Of a stretch of 64,000 nt of DNA, positions 52,914-63,180 are shown piece by piece. The translations under genes were made by a program, and so were the position numbers. A model generated the notes under the pieces. That model was not told the DNA's origin. It saw nothing but the letters and a program-made list of their open reading frames with translations, and made no database searches. Every line of letters begins with the position of its first letter. Within the stretch, counting starts at the first letter, position 1. The stretch comes from Nitrospirales bacterium (GTDB lineage Bacteria > Nitrospirota > Nitrospiria > Nitrospirales > UBA8639), in NCBI GenBank assembly GCA_965203295.1, contig CBDBCZ010000019.1, forward strand, positions 608,001 to 672,000, written 5' to 3'.

Positions 52914-53244
52914 TGTTAGAGAAAACCCGATCAGCTTTGGCTGCGAGATAAAAATCGCTCTCGGTCAGACCTTTGATTTTATGTGTCCAGATTTCCACTT
53001 TGCATTTCCCCCAGGCTAAATAGAGATCAGGATGGTGGCCTTCTTCTTCTGCAATGCCCCCGACTTTGTTCACGAATACCAAAGCATCTGCAAAATTCTG
53101 AAACGTGTACGAGCGTTCGATATGTCCATCTTGATTGAGTTCCCAACCATTCTCTAATTGCCCCAGTAATTCTTGCACCTTGGGTTGCTCCAGTGGAGGA
53201 ACCCCTCCACGACAGGGCACACACTTATTATCCGCAAGACTCAT
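52906..53244 (-). CDS. phhB: Pterin-4a-carbinolamine dehydratase
   Basis: AEEEGHHPD, WTHKIKGLTESDFYLAAK. Confidence 0.92.
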   Translation of the reverse strand: MSLADNKCVPCRGGVPPLEQPKVQELLGQLENGWELNQDGHIERSYTFQNFADALVFVNKVGGIAEEEGHHPDLYLAWGKCKVEIWTHKIKGLTESDFYLAAKADRVFSNNA

Positions 53245-53326
53245 GATCTATTCTCCTTGTTTATAGTTTCGGGTTTCGAGTAAAAGAAATTATAATCTGT
53301 TCAAAAGCTTCTGCACAATTCGACCC

Positions 53327-54346
53327 TTAGGCCTCATCTTCACCTGCGACACCACCTGAGCGTGCCAAATCTTCGGCTTTAATCTTGTCGGGGTTGAATT
53401 TGGTGGCTCCAGCAATCATCCGATCCAAGACGTGTTCTAGAGAAAGAGGCGGCGAATCTTTGGGCCGAAACCGAATGGGGTTAATTCGAGCTACTACAAA
53501 ACTCTTGAGATACGGACTTGTTAATCTCCGTGTTTTCAAGTTTTCCACTTGCCCGATAACCACATCGTCAAGTTCCAAGACCTTTTGGGCCCTTCCAGAA
53601 CGAATCGTCAGAGCTTTGGAAAGTGGGAGATTCAAGAACTGATCCGTTCGCTTCAAGATGGGATGATAAGCTCCACCACTAAAACGTGGGCGTTGTTCAT
53701 AGCACAAACCAAGAGTAATAAAAGCTGGTTCCTCAAATTCGAGACTGTAATTCTGTTCATCCTCTGTACTCAGTGACGACAACTCTCGATACATACGAAT
53801 GACTTCCGATGCTTTTTCGCGGAGATTGTGGGCCTTCTCCGTATTGAGAGCCAAGATTCTATAGGCCACCGAAGGATTGGGAACCACGAGCGCGATGATG
53901 CTTTTTGCACCCATCTTCCGCATGGCCGAAAGGCGGTGATGGCCGTTAGGAGTCCAGTATCGTGCTCCATCCTTGCTGGAATTGTTAGCATGAACCGCGA
54001 TGATCGGATCTAAGAATTGTCCGAGTTTCCCAATTATGCCTTCCAGTTTTCGAACATGGGTCTCCGACAGATTTCGTTGAAAAGGCGTGGGTTCGACCAG
54101 CTTGATAGGGAGCGCGGCCATGATAACCCAATGTCCACCAAATGATTCCCGATACACGCTAAGGATTTTGCCTCTGTTTCCCTCAATCTCCTGACAAAGG
54201 GATGCTACCTCCCCTGGTGGAGCGGCTGCCTGTAATTCGGTTGGGGCAAGACCCGTAGAAGCCCCTGCCGGTTTACGTCTCCGGCGAACGCCTCCACTTG
54301 TTTTGGATGATCTGGTTTTTTTCTCAGCCATGAGGTTACCGCTCAT
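53327..54346 (-). CDS. ParB/Srx N-terminal domain protein
   Basis: PTPFQR, FLDPIIA, TPNGHHRL, LNTEK; no adjacent parA. Confidence 0.75.
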   Translation of the reverse strand: MSGNLMAEKKTRSSKTSGGVRRRRKPAGASTGLAPTELQAAAPPGEVASLCQEIEGNRGKILSVYRESFGGHWVIMAALPIKLVEPTPFQRNLSETHVRKLEGIIGKLGQFLDPIIAVHANNSSKDGARYWTPNGHHRLSAMRKMGAKSIIALVVPNPSVAYRILALNTEKAHNLREKASEVIRMYRELSSLSTEDEQNYSLEFEEPAFITLGLCYEQRPRFSGGAYHPILKRTDQFLNLPLSKALTIRSGRAQKVLELDDVVIGQVENLKTRRLTSPYLKSFVVARINPIRFRPKDSPPLSLEHVLDRMIAGATKFNPDKIKAEDLARSGGVAGEDEA

Positions 54347-54424
54347 GGTAGAAAACCTTCATAGGAAAAAGAAAGCCCTGAGTTTTATTCAGAGACTGCC
54401 TTGTCTCTTATCTCTAAGAGTTAG

Positions 54425-54465
54425 AAAAAGATAAGCCCTTGGATTAAAGCAATCCAAGGGCTTAT
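54425..54465 (-). terminator. Intrinsic terminator of ssrA
   Basis: ATAAGCCCTTGGATT-N5-AATCCAAGGGCTTAT 15-bp stem followed by CTTTTT on the minus strand. Confidence 0.85.
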
Positions 54466-54466
54466 T

Positions 54467-55089
54467 TGGTGGAGGTGAGGGGACGGATGTTCCAAACCTT
54501 TCGGCTTGGTCCGGACTATGCCTTCATCCTCAAGGGAAAAACTCTTTGAGGATGCGGGGCGTCTTAGCATCACTTGATGCTCTGAGTGTCCGCTCGCCCT
54601 GGGGGTCAGCGGATCTCTAAGTCTCTACAGGGCCGGTGGAGTTAGCCTCTCCCGACCCCTCGGTGTTGCCATGGCCTGCATTTGCAAGCTGTAGGGTTCA
54701 CCGATTGAGCCCCGTATTCATCCGAGGATTACTCCTCGGAGCGACCAGTTGTTGATCGAACCCCTGTCCGAAGACCTTCAGCGCAACGACCCTACGTGTG
54801 TAGCCGATGTTTTAGATTTCGCGTCTGCCCACGCCTATCAGCCGGCTTAGAGCATCCGCTAGCCCAGTATGTTCTCGTCCTTAAGTTGCTGAGCACCCAC
54901 CTCGGACCAGCCTGTAAAGTAGCGCCTCATCCACTCCCACAGACATGGAATGGGGAGACGTCGCGGTCAATTATGCCGCGAGAGCCAATGGTTCGTTGGC
55001 AATTATACATTTCCCGAAGGTTTAACGAGACTTCGAGAGCTCGACACGCTCCGTTGACCTCTTGATCCCCGTCGAAGCCAGTCACCCCC
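54467..55089 (-). ncRNA. ssrA: tmRNA, intron-interrupted (exons 55089-54755 and 54483-54467; 352 nt spliced)
   Basis: 5' GGGGGTGACTGGCTTCGAC; 3' CACCTCCACCA with G3.U; resume frame ANEPLALAA* at 55000-54971; T-arm AGGGG-TTCGAT^T-CCCCT. Confidence 0.95.
54484..54754 (-). mobile_element. Group I intron (271 nt, no ORF) in the tmRNA T-loop
   Basis: P1 with U.G at the splice site, P2/P9 GNRA hairpins, P4 TCGGTG/CACCGA, R TGTAGAGACTT, S AAGGCATAGTCC, terminal G. Confidence 0.92.
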
Positions 55090-55125
55090 TTTTGTGTTAG
55101 GTTCTTGTGCTTTCCCTTTTTTCTT

Positions 55126-55155
55126 ACTATAAACCAGGTTTGCCTTTTTTGCCAA
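55126..55155 (-). promoter_or_regulatory. Possible sigma-70 promoter for ssrA
   Basis: TTGGCA-N18-TATAGT on minus strand. Confidence 0.45.
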
Positions 55156-55270
55156 TCTAAGTGAGGGTTGGGGTGTTTCCATGACAAGAAAGCTTGCCTT
55201 ATCACAGAAATTCGGCGGTTTGTCAGGATTCTCTTTTGAGCATAAAGATCAATAGGTAAAGGAGGTCTGA

Positions 55271-55591
55271 ATGGCATGGGTTTATTTGTCGATTGCAGGA
55301 ATATTTGAAATTGTTTGGGCTATAGGATTGAAGTTTACGGATGGGTTCACTCGTTTATGGCCGAGTGTCGGCACGGTATTAGCGATGGGGATCAGTATGC
55401 TCTGTCTGTCTTATGCGTTGAGGGTGATTCCCATAGGGACAGCCTATGCCGTCTGGACAGGCATTGGAGCTGTTGGAACCGCAATTCTGGGAATCATTTT
55501 TTTTGGTGAATCTCGTCATGCCCTTCGGCTCTTTTGCATTTTTCTGATCGTGGCGGGAATTGTGGGACTTCGCCTTTCTTCTCTTTCGTAA
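55271..55591 (+). CDS. sugE: SMR exporter, SugE/Gdx type
   Basis: [37 protein letters not shown]. Confidence 0.9.
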   Translation: MAWVYLSIAGIFEIVWAIGLKFTDGFTRLWPSVGTVLAMGISMLCLSYALRVIPIGTAYAVWTGIGAVGTAILGIIFFGESRHALRLFCIFLIVAGIVGLRLSSLS

Positions 55592-55630
55592 CGATTCAGT
55601 TTGGAATGGAATGATGGGAAAAGATAAGAG

Positions 55631-57475
55631 CTAAATTGAAAATTGGAAAACGGGTTGTTTCCCCTGGGGTTCGGCCAAAATCCCATGAGTTTTAAGGGCT
55701 TCGATGATTTGGCAGGTCAGGTCATCAAAATTTTCAGGCCCAATAAAGGTGAGATCAGCTTCAGGTTGCGAGTCTTCCTGCTCCGTGCTCATATAGACCG
55801 TTAAGACGGGGGCTGGGTGAACGAGTGTTCGAATAGCTTGAACAACTTGGTCAGATGGGAGCTCAAAGGCGTTTGTGGTGGATATGACCATCAGCCCTGT
55901 GTCAATGAAGAGGCGAGCCACTTCACCATAGCGACGAACGGTTTCTGTCGCTTCTCCTTCATGAAGGTCCGCATCGAGGCCACGCCTGAGGTTTTCGGCA
56001 TCCAATAGGTAGGCATGTCGACCTTCTGCCACGAGGACTGATTCGATTTTTTTGGCTAAAAACGCTTTTCCTGTGGTAGCAGGGCCTGTGAACAAAACAA
56101 CCGCTGCCCGGTGCCCGTAATGTTTGGCACGATCCTCTGATCTGACGTCTCCTTGAATCCAGGAGAAATCCCGTTGCCGGGCTTCCCTTCTGAGATTCTC
56201 CTGCCGATCCTGAATCATCTGAGTGATGATTCCACCACCAGAGACATCATACTCGTCCACAAGCACGAACCGACCGGTCGTCTCAAAATCTGAATACAAA
56301 TCAAACGCCAAGGGTGACTTGGAGCGGAGGGTGATATCGCCTACTTCATTCCGTTGAAGGGTGATTCTCTTTTTTTGCTCCGATGAATCCTTTAAATCAT
56401 TGGCGTCAACAATCCTATGAATGTCGGCGACCTCACATTCTACTTCTCGTGTAGCTAAGCGGACTAAATAGGTTCGCTGCATATCGAGAGGGCGGTTCCC
56501 TAACCAAAAAAGATTGGCGCGAAATGTGGTTGAAACCATCGGGATGGAATCCTCATGACTCACGATTTCGCCACGTTCGACAAAGATCTGTTCATCGAGG
56601 GTTATGCCAATCGATTGTCCTGCCTCAGCTTCGAGGGGGAGGGGATCGATGTTAAAAGCTTCAAGCGATTGAATGACCGCCGACTTATTAGAAGGAGAGA
56701 AAATAAGTCGATCTCCAACTTTGAAGGTTCCAGTGGCGATTCGTCCCGTCAAGATCCGACGAGCATCAAACTTATACACATCTTGGACCGGGAAACGCAG
56801 AGGTTTGTCTTTTGTGGCAAGCTCTGAGGAAAAGCGACCCAAAGAGTCGAGGACGACTGGACCTTTGTACCAAGGCATGGCCTCACTCGGAGTGACGATA
56901 TTGGCGCCTTCCTTGGCGCTAGCCGGAATGACGAATTGAGGGGTGACCCCCAGTTGGCTGAGAAAGTCACGATATTCTTTTTCAATGCCATGGAAAATGT
57001 CTTCTCGAAATCCCACCAAATCCATTTTGTTGATGATGACCGTGACCTGCCTAACGCCAAGCATGGAGAGCAATAACCCATGCCGTTTGGATTGCTCTTT
57101 CACCCCTTCGAGGGCATCAATGACCAGGAGGGCGGCTTCAGCGCGTGCGGCACCGGAGACCATGTTTTTGAGAAATTCCTTATGTCCTGGAGCGTCAATG
57201 ATAATGTACTGGCGACCACCCCATGAGAAAAACGTCCGTGCAGTGTCAATGGTAATGCCTTGTTGCTGTTCCTCTAAAAAGGCATCGAACAAGAAGGCAT
57301 ACTCGAATTCCTTTCCCTGCTGTTTGCAGATGCCTTGAATTTTTTCGAGTTTTCCTTCTGGGAGGGAGCTGGTATCGGCATAGAGCCGCCCCAGCAGAGT
57401 CGATTTGCCATGATCGACGTGGCCAACGATGACAATATTCATCCGATCAAGGTTGTGGGCAGGTTCAACCGTCAT
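55631..57475 (-). CDS. cysNC: Sulfate adenylyltransferase subunit 1 fused to a degenerate APS kinase domain
   Basis: [32 protein letters not shown]-terminal [12 protein letters not shown]. Confidence 0.92.
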   Translation of the reverse strand: MTVEPAHNLDRMNIVIVGHVDHGKSTLLGRLYADTSSLPEGKLEKIQGICKQQGKEFEYAFLFDAFLEEQQQGITIDTARTFFSWGGRQYIIIDAPGHKEFLKNMVSGAARAEAALLVIDALEGVKEQSKRHGLLLSMLGVRQVTVIINKMDLVGFREDIFHGIEKEYRDFLSQLGVTPQFVIPASAKEGANIVTPSEAMPWYKGPVVLDSLGRFSSELATKDKPLRFPVQDVYKFDARRILTGRIATGTFKVGDRLIFSPSNKSAVIQSLEAFNIDPLPLEAEAGQSIGITLDEQIFVERGEIVSHEDSIPMVSTTFRANLFWLGNRPLDMQRTYLVRLATREVECEVADIHRIVDANDLKDSSEQKKRITLQRNEVGDITLRSKSPLAFDLYSDFETTGRFVLVDEYDVSGGGIITQMIQDRQENLRREARQRDFSWIQGDVRSEDRAKHYGHRAAVVLFTGPATTGKAFLAKKIESVLVAEGRHAYLLDAENLRRGLDADLHEGEATETVRRYGEVARLFIDTGLMVISTTNAFELPSDQVVQAIRTLVHPAPVLTVYMSTEQEDSQPEADLTFIGPENFDDLTCQIIEALKTHGILAEPQGKQPVFQFSI

Positions 57476-57478
57476 GAT

Positions 57479-58276
57479 CTACATGTATCCGTCTTTGCGA
57501 AGTAATTCCATCCCTCTTCCTTCGTCTTGCGCTCGACCTGCGCGCTCTGCGACGTTCGATTTTCTGAGCTCTTCGATGATTTCATCAACAGTTTTGGATG
57601 TTGATTGAATGGGAAACGTACAAGGAGCACACCCGAGGCTTCGATACCGTGTGCCATCATCCTTGTCCAAATAGAGATCCATGAAGGGAATATTTTCCAA
57701 CTTGATGTATTCCCAAATGTTAATTTCGGTCCAATCGAGTAGCGGGTGAATGCGAATATGAGTTCCTGGAGGGAAGGACGTTTTAAATTGATCCCAAAGT
57801 TCCGGAGGCTGGTCTCGAAAATCCCAGTCATTGTTCTTATCACGAGGAGAGAAATATCGTTCTTTGGCACGCGTGCCTTCCTCATCAGCCCTGACGCCGA
57901 GGATAATTCCCGTATAACCTTTTTCTTCCAGGAGAAGCTTCAATCCGTTCGTTTTCAACGCGGTGCAACATTCCACACGACCAATCGTGTGATTCATCCC
58001 TTGAGCAAGGGCTTCTTTGTTCTGTCCGATAACAAGATTCAAGCGCCATTCACGGGCTAAGCGATCCCGGTATTCAATCATGGCGGGTATCTTGTAGCTG
58101 GTATCAATATGAATGAGTGGAAAGGGAACATGGCTGAAAAAGGCTTTACGGGCTAGCCACAAAAGAACTGTAGAGTCCTTGCCCATCGACCAAAGCATGG
58201 CCAAATTATCAAAGTGCTTATAGGCTTCCCGGAGAATATAGACACTTTGATTTTCGAGTTGTCGTAGATGTTTCAT
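57479..58276 (-). CDS. cysD: Sulfate adenylyltransferase subunit 2
   Basis: [39 protein letters not shown] overlap at 58273-58276. Confidence 0.92.
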   Translation of the reverse strand: MKHLRQLENQSVYILREAYKHFDNLAMLWSMGKDSTVLLWLARKAFFSHVPFPLIHIDTSYKIPAMIEYRDRLAREWRLNLVIGQNKEALAQGMNHTIGRVECCTALKTNGLKLLLEEKGYTGIILGVRADEEGTRAKERYFSPRDKNNDWDFRDQPPELWDQFKTSFPPGTHIRIHPLLDWTEINIWEYIKLENIPFMDLYLDKDDGTRYRSLGCAPCTFPIQSTSKTVDEIIEELRKSNVAERAGRAQDEGRGMELLRKDGYM

Positions 58277-59367
58277 ACGTAAATCTTTTCTTGTTGCTCG
58301 GCTGGTTCTTTCAATGATCGGTTTGTTGTGACGAGTTCTCTCAGTTTCTTGGCTGCAGCTCCCGACTCCAAAAGGTATCGAGCCAAGAAAACCCCTTTTG
58401 TGATTGTTGAAGCTTTCCCGGCGGCGTAGAGTAACATGGCTGCATTCAGGATCACCCAATTTGTTTGTTTCCTTTTTACTTCGTTGTGAAGAATTCGTCG
58501 GATCAAATTGGCTTCCTGTTGTGGGCCAGGAGTGCCAGGTGTTGAAGAAGGGACGGTCATATCCGTATAGGCGCCCAAATCTAAGCCGACATCCATAGGT
58601 TTCAAGTTGACAGGAAAAATAGACCCTTTATTCAATTCCCGGATAAGAGTAGCTGTTGAGATGGACAATTCTGGGTAGCCTTCAACCCCTTGAAAAATGA
58701 GCAGATGTCCCTTGTCAATCATATGAACGGCTTCAGCCATTTTTTCGAGGTAGGGCGGATGGGCAATACCAATGACCTGGGAATGTGCTCCAGTGGGATT
58801 GAGCATCCGCGCAACTTGATGAAAAAGATTCTGGAGTCCAAACTCCTCTCGAAGGTAAAGGTAGCGGGTGAGGGAAGGGTGGTATAGAGCGATATCGAGG
58901 TAGGCAAAGTGGTGATCACTGAGTGCTCCGGATATATGTAATGGAGAAAGGTCAGTCTGAATTCCTAGATCAGACAGCACACGAGAAATATTCGTCGGAA
59001 CCGATTTATTCTCTGTCCCATGGAGGAAGACCGTTGCTCCACCCGCGGCGGCGACAATGGCTGCGGCTACAGTGGCATGAAAGGTGTCGTGCTTTTCTCC
59101 ATATATTGGCAAGTCAACGATGGGTAACCCTTGAGGCACCTGAATGGGAGGCACATACTGACGGACCACCGAGGTAAAAACCCCCAGTTCTGACACGGTT
59201 TCCATTTTGAATCGCATGGCCATTAGAAATGCCCCAACTTGAGTTTGAGTGGCTTCTCCTTCCATCAAGCACACCATGGCCTGTTTGGCGTCGTCCCACG
59301 ACAGGTCGCGACTTCTTTTTAGTCCTTTTCCTATTTTGGTGATGAAGCCTTGCATAATTTCGCTCAT
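58273..59367 (-). CDS. TrpD-like (YbiB-type) protein
   Basis: [41 protein letters not shown]; canonical TrpD GTGGD motif absent. Confidence 0.75.
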   Translation of the reverse strand: MSEIMQGFITKIGKGLKRSRDLSWDDAKQAMVCLMEGEATQTQVGAFLMAMRFKMETVSELGVFTSVVRQYVPPIQVPQGLPIVDLPIYGEKHDTFHATVAAAIVAAAGGATVFLHGTENKSVPTNISRVLSDLGIQTDLSPLHISGALSDHHFAYLDIALYHPSLTRYLYLREEFGLQNLFHQVARMLNPTGAHSQVIGIAHPPYLEKMAEAVHMIDKGHLLIFQGVEGYPELSISTATLIRELNKGSIFPVNLKPMDVGLDLGAYTDMTVPSSTPGTPGPQQEANLIRRILHNEVKRKQTNWVILNAAMLLYAAGKASTITKGVFLARYLLESGAAAKKLRELVTTNRSLKEPAEQQEKIYV

Positions 59368-59370
59368 CGC

Positions 59371-59784
59371 TCAGAAGGTTAACACGTGATCTGCTGCCAT
59401 GACTTCTTCCTTCCAAAACGATTCAATGGGTTGGACCTCATCAATTTCCGGGAGAAGATCTTCGAGCATAAGTTCGAAGAACTCAACGGATTCCTTGCAA
59501 ATGGAAAGTTTCACATCCCCGGTTTCCTTGAGTTCCCGAAGAATAGCCGGAAAATCATCTCGTTTTTGTGTCTCCAGCAACTCTTTCATTTTGGCCTCTC
59601 GACCCTGGTATCCGTTGGAAAACTTCAATCGTTTGATTTTCTCAAAAGTCAGGTTGCCAGCGCTTTCGTCTCTGAACAAGACACTCACTTGCGTGTAAGT
59701 TGATGCGGCAACACGAGCGACCTCACAGGCTTGCATCAGGTTGTTATATGTCCCTCTGGTAATAATGATGGCCAGTTTTTTCAC
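59371..59784 (-). CDS. DsrE/DsrF-like protein
   Basis: KKLAIIITRG...VSVLF...VKLSICKES...ADHVLTF. Confidence 0.65.
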   Translation of the reverse strand: MKKLAIIITRGTYNNLMQACEVARVAASTYTQVSVLFRDESAGNLTFEKIKRLKFSNGYQGREAKMKELLETQKRDDFPAILRELKETGDVKLSICKESVEFFELMLEDLLPEIDEVQPIESFWKEEVMAADHVLTF

Positions 59785-59856
59785 TCTTCTCCTCCGCCTA
59801 CCTGTCGATGGTTTATTGATCAGGATGGAATACCGCGCTAAGCCAACGGGCCCTAC

Positions 59857-60585
59857 TCACCTTTTGTGAAGCCCGCATTCAGTCTTCTCGGAATTCTGCC
59901 ATCGCCCAGATCGAGGATCTTCACCCGGCATGACGGGTACCGTACAGTGGGTGCACCCAATGCTTGGGTAGTTTTTATCGTGAAGAACATTATAGGGAAT
60001 CTGCTGATCACGAATATGGGTCCAGACATCCTCAGTGGTCCATTTTGCCAAAGGATTAATTTTGACGAGTCCAAATGCGTTGTCCCATTCCAGCAATTGG
60101 GTGTGATCTCGAGTTGGGGATTGGTCACGACGTATGCCAGTAATCCACGCAGAATAATTTTTCAAAATCCTTGTGAGAGGATCCACCTTCCGGAGCTGAC
60201 AGCACAAATCTGGCTGTCGTGCCCATAGCTCTGCTCCGTACTCTTGAGTTTGTTCGTCTGGTGAGAAGCGAGATTTCATTTGAAAAACTTGATCTGAAGA
60301 AAGCCCGTATTTGCTGATAATCCGATCACGGACTTCATACGTTTCAGGAAAAAGAAAATCTGTATCGAGATAAAAAAGAGGAGCTTTGGGATTGATGCGA
60401 TACATCATGTCGACTAAGACCACGTCCTCTGCTCCAAAGCTGCATCCAAGGATGATATGCGGAAAATAGGTATTCAGGGCGTAGGCCAATACCTCTTGCG
60501 GTGGTTTGTCCTCGAACCGTTGGTTTAACTCTTGAAGGGTTGAGGCCGCTATGGGTAAATTGACACGATCAGACATCAGCGACAT
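59857..60585 (-). CDS. cysH: APS/PAPS reductase, [4Fe-4S] type
   Basis: SFGAED, LDT, CCQLRK, TGIRRDQ, YPSIGCTHC, RSGRW, ECGLH. Confidence 0.93.
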   Translation of the reverse strand: MSLMSDRVNLPIAASTLQELNQRFEDKPPQEVLAYALNTYFPHIILGCSFGAEDVVLVDMMYRINPKAPLFYLDTDFLFPETYEVRDRIISKYGLSSDQVFQMKSRFSPDEQTQEYGAELWARQPDLCCQLRKVDPLTRILKNYSAWITGIRRDQSPTRDHTQLLEWDNAFGLVKINPLAKWTTEDVWTHIRDQQIPYNVLHDKNYPSIGCTHCTVPVMPGEDPRSGRWQNSEKTECGLHKR

Positions 60586-60589
60586 GCTC

Positions 60590-63073
60590 TTACTCTTCGA
60601 CTTTCTCCACCAACACCTTGAAGTGCTGATGATCGGCTTCAAGAGGATCTTCGGCCAACACCTTATGGCCGTCATTTCGAAGGCTCATGGGAACATTCTT
60701 AATCGGTTCGCCTGCATCCAACCACACTTCCAGTTGCTCTCCATGATCCATCATTTCCAGTTTCAACTTGGTTTTGACGTAATTGAGCGGGCACATGACG
60801 CCACGAAGATCGAGAACGGGTGCGCCAGCATCGAGGGTCACTGATTCTGAAGAGGAGGAAGGTTCCGATTGTGGTGTCGCCTTTCCTTCTCCGAGTTCGC
60901 TAACTCCGAGTTGGAGATCCTGCCCAAGTTGCTCAGTCGCTATTCGACAAGCTTCAACAAACCCACGTGCAAAGTCGATTTTGGCGTTGGTGAACTGAGC
61001 AGTGGGATCTTTGGGGCCTAAATCTTCAACCTTATCCACAAGGTTTCGATACGTGGTTGGAAGCACATTCACTTTCCTAGCCAGAAGATGATCGAATTCG
61101 GCGAGAGTATCGGCATCGGTATTAGGGTCGATTCCTTCTGTCACCAAAAGCGCTTTTGCCCCTGCTACGACCGCACGATAGGCTTTGTTGACGGCAACGC
61201 CATATTGATGTTTTTCTGAGAGAAGTTTTGCTTGATACAGTTCTTGTTCTGCCTCCAAAATTCGATTGTCAATCATTTCCAGTGCACCGCCGGCACATTC
61301 GCCTGGGCCTAGGTCCTCTACCGTGAATTCTGCATCCGCTTCCCAGTCATAGTAATAAGACGGATCATCCTGGTACGAAGGAAGCAAGGAGAAGGGAATT
61401 AATTCATCCTTGAGTTTGGTTTTGCCCGATCGCGTAATAAAGGCTTGGAGCTTCTCTCCTTCCTGACGGTCACGTCGGTAGATATCGAGTAGATGGGAAA
61501 TGGCGCTCGGGACGTTTTTAGCCGGAACTTTCACGATTAATTGTCCAATTTTAGCGGTCCTGTTTACTTGCCCCCCAAGGTGGACTTCATAGACCGGAGC
61601 CACGTGCTCTCCAATTCTTTTCCCGACGCCATGAAGACCGATTGTCGCAATGTGATGCTGGGCACAGGAATTGTGACACCCGCTGATCTTGATGTCGACG
61701 CCTTTCAGGTCTTCGGGGACATGTCCTGGTGGGAACAGTTCGGCCAATCCACGGGCGAGTCCTTTCGAAGAGGTAATCCCTAACCCACAGGTGTCTGTGC
61801 CAGGGCAAGCGACGATATCCTCAACCTCTTCCGCACCGGGTTGCCCTAACCCAGTCACCTCCAAGTCCTGATAAAAATCGTGGGCCTTGGATTCCGGAAT
61901 CCATCGGATAATTAAATTTTGGTTGATTGTTGTCCGAATATTCCCATTCGAGTAGGTCTCAGCAAGATTGGCGACTTCTAACATTTGTTCTGCTGTGATA
62001 TCCCCTGACGAGAGTTTAATGATCGCTGCAACGTATTCAGCCTGTTTTTGCTTGATCATGTTGGTTCTTCGCCAGGTATCAAAGGAGGATTCTGATGAAG
62101 AAGATGGGTTTACTCCGTTGCCATTTTTTCCGTTTTGGCTCCGTTGGGGCATGATGAGGGATGGCGTATCCGGATAAGGCAACACGTTAAGAGAAGATGG
62201 GGATGAGGCAGTTTTTTGCATGGAACGATACATCTCTTCCCAACGCTTGGTGAACTCCTCAAAACCCAGTTTATCAATGACGAATTTCATTCGTGCTTTG
62301 CTTCGATTTTTTCGATTCCCCAAGTTGTCGAATACTTTGATAACGGCTTCGATTGAGGGAATGAGTTCCTCCATGGGAACAAACTCCCTCAAGAGATGAG
62401 CAATACGAGGTGTGGACCCTAAGCCTCCACCGACTACCATGCGAAAACCAATGGTGCCATCCTCTCGTTTTTTTGCTAGAAGACCGACATCGTGGATAGG
62501 GGTCAGTGCGCAATCGTGGTGGCATCCTGAGAAAGCAATCTTAAATTTTCTTGGCAAACTTTGGGTGAGAGGATTTCGCAGCAAATGGTGCGCCACGGTT
62601 TTTGCGTAAGGTGTGACATCAAAGACTTCACCTGGACACACACCGGCCAAATGACAAGCCGTGACGTTTCGCACGGTGTTGGCACAGGCTTCTCTTGTGG
62701 TGACGTCGACCTCTGCTAATTTTCGCATGACGGTCCCGACCTGATTAAGCGGGACAAAATGTAATTGAATATCTTGACGTGTCGTCACATGCCCCACACC
62801 GGTTGCATAGGTATCCGCTACCTCGGCTATCCGACGAAGTTGGTTGGCTGTTATTCCACCGAAGGGGATTTTGATGCGCACCATTTGAACATCTGGTTGA
62901 CGCTGACCATAGATCCCGTGTTGCAATCGGAATGGCTTAAACACCTCAACAGGAGTCTCGCCTTCTTGTAATCGCTTGACCTCCCCCTCGAAGGTTTCGA
63001 TTTCGTCCAAAATATCTGAAGGAATGGGTATGGTCTGTATTTCGGGTATGGAAACTGTGCGACCCGTGTTCAT
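60590..63073 (-). CDS. Ferredoxin-type siroheme sulfite/nitrite reductase with HEPN-like and TusA C-terminal domains
   Basis: TTRQDIQLH, LPRKFK, ACPGTDTC and SGCHNSC ligands; C-terminal LDLRGVMCPLNYVKTKL. Confidence 0.88.
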   Translation of the reverse strand: MNTGRTVSIPEIQTIPIPSDILDEIETFEGEVKRLQEGETPVEVFKPFRLQHGIYGQRQPDVQMVRIKIPFGGITANQLRRIAEVADTYATGVGHVTTRQDIQLHFVPLNQVGTVMRKLAEVDVTTREACANTVRNVTACHLAGVCPGEVFDVTPYAKTVAHHLLRNPLTQSLPRKFKIAFSGCHHDCALTPIHDVGLLAKKREDGTIGFRMVVGGGLGSTPRIAHLLREFVPMEELIPSIEAVIKVFDNLGNRKNRSKARMKFVIDKLGFEEFTKRWEEMYRSMQKTASSPSSLNVLPYPDTPSLIMPQRSQNGKNGNGVNPSSSSESSFDTWRRTNMIKQKQAEYVAAIIKLSSGDITAEQMLEVANLAETYSNGNIRTTINQNLIIRWIPESKAHDFYQDLEVTGLGQPGAEEVEDIVACPGTDTCGLGITSSKGLARGLAELFPPGHVPEDLKGVDIKISGCHNSCAQHHIATIGLHGVGKRIGEHVAPVYEVHLGGQVNRTAKIGQLIVKVPAKNVPSAISHLLDIYRRDRQEGEKLQAFITRSGKTKLKDELIPFSLLPSYQDDPSYYYDWEADAEFTVEDLGPGECAGGALEMIDNRILEAEQELYQAKLLSEKHQYGVAVNKAYRAVVAGAKALLVTEGIDPNTDADTLAEFDHLLARKVNVLPTTYRNLVDKVEDLGPKDPTAQFTNAKIDFARGFVEACRIATEQLGQDLQLGVSELGEGKATPQSEPSSSSESVTLDAGAPVLDLRGVMCPLNYVKTKLKLEMMDHGEQLEVWLDAGEPIKNVPMSLRNDGHKVLAEDPLEADHQHFKVLVEKVEE

Positions 63074-63180
63074 GGTGAGCCTCTCTGGGTAAGACAAGAC
63101 AGGATGAAATTTCCCCTTCTGCGAGAAGTTGGGATTATGGTGTTATCAATCATACAACATGTCCAGGCGAAAGCGTAAAG

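Noticed and set aside
53327..54346. Chromosomal parAB partition locus
   Set aside because: No parA adjacent and no parS palindrome noticed
54484..54754. Homing endonuclease, IStron, or permuted two-piece tmRNA
   Set aside because: Insert is only 271 nt, fully explained by ribozyme helices; 5' and 3' ends are in normal order
55090..55270. Guanidine riboswitch upstream of sugE/gdx
   Set aside because: No twin ACGR hairpins or ykkC-like motifs visible; the region holds the divergent ssrA promoter
54796..55277. ORFs 54796-55065 (+) and 54927-55277 (-)
   Set aside because: Overlap the tmRNA; no protein features
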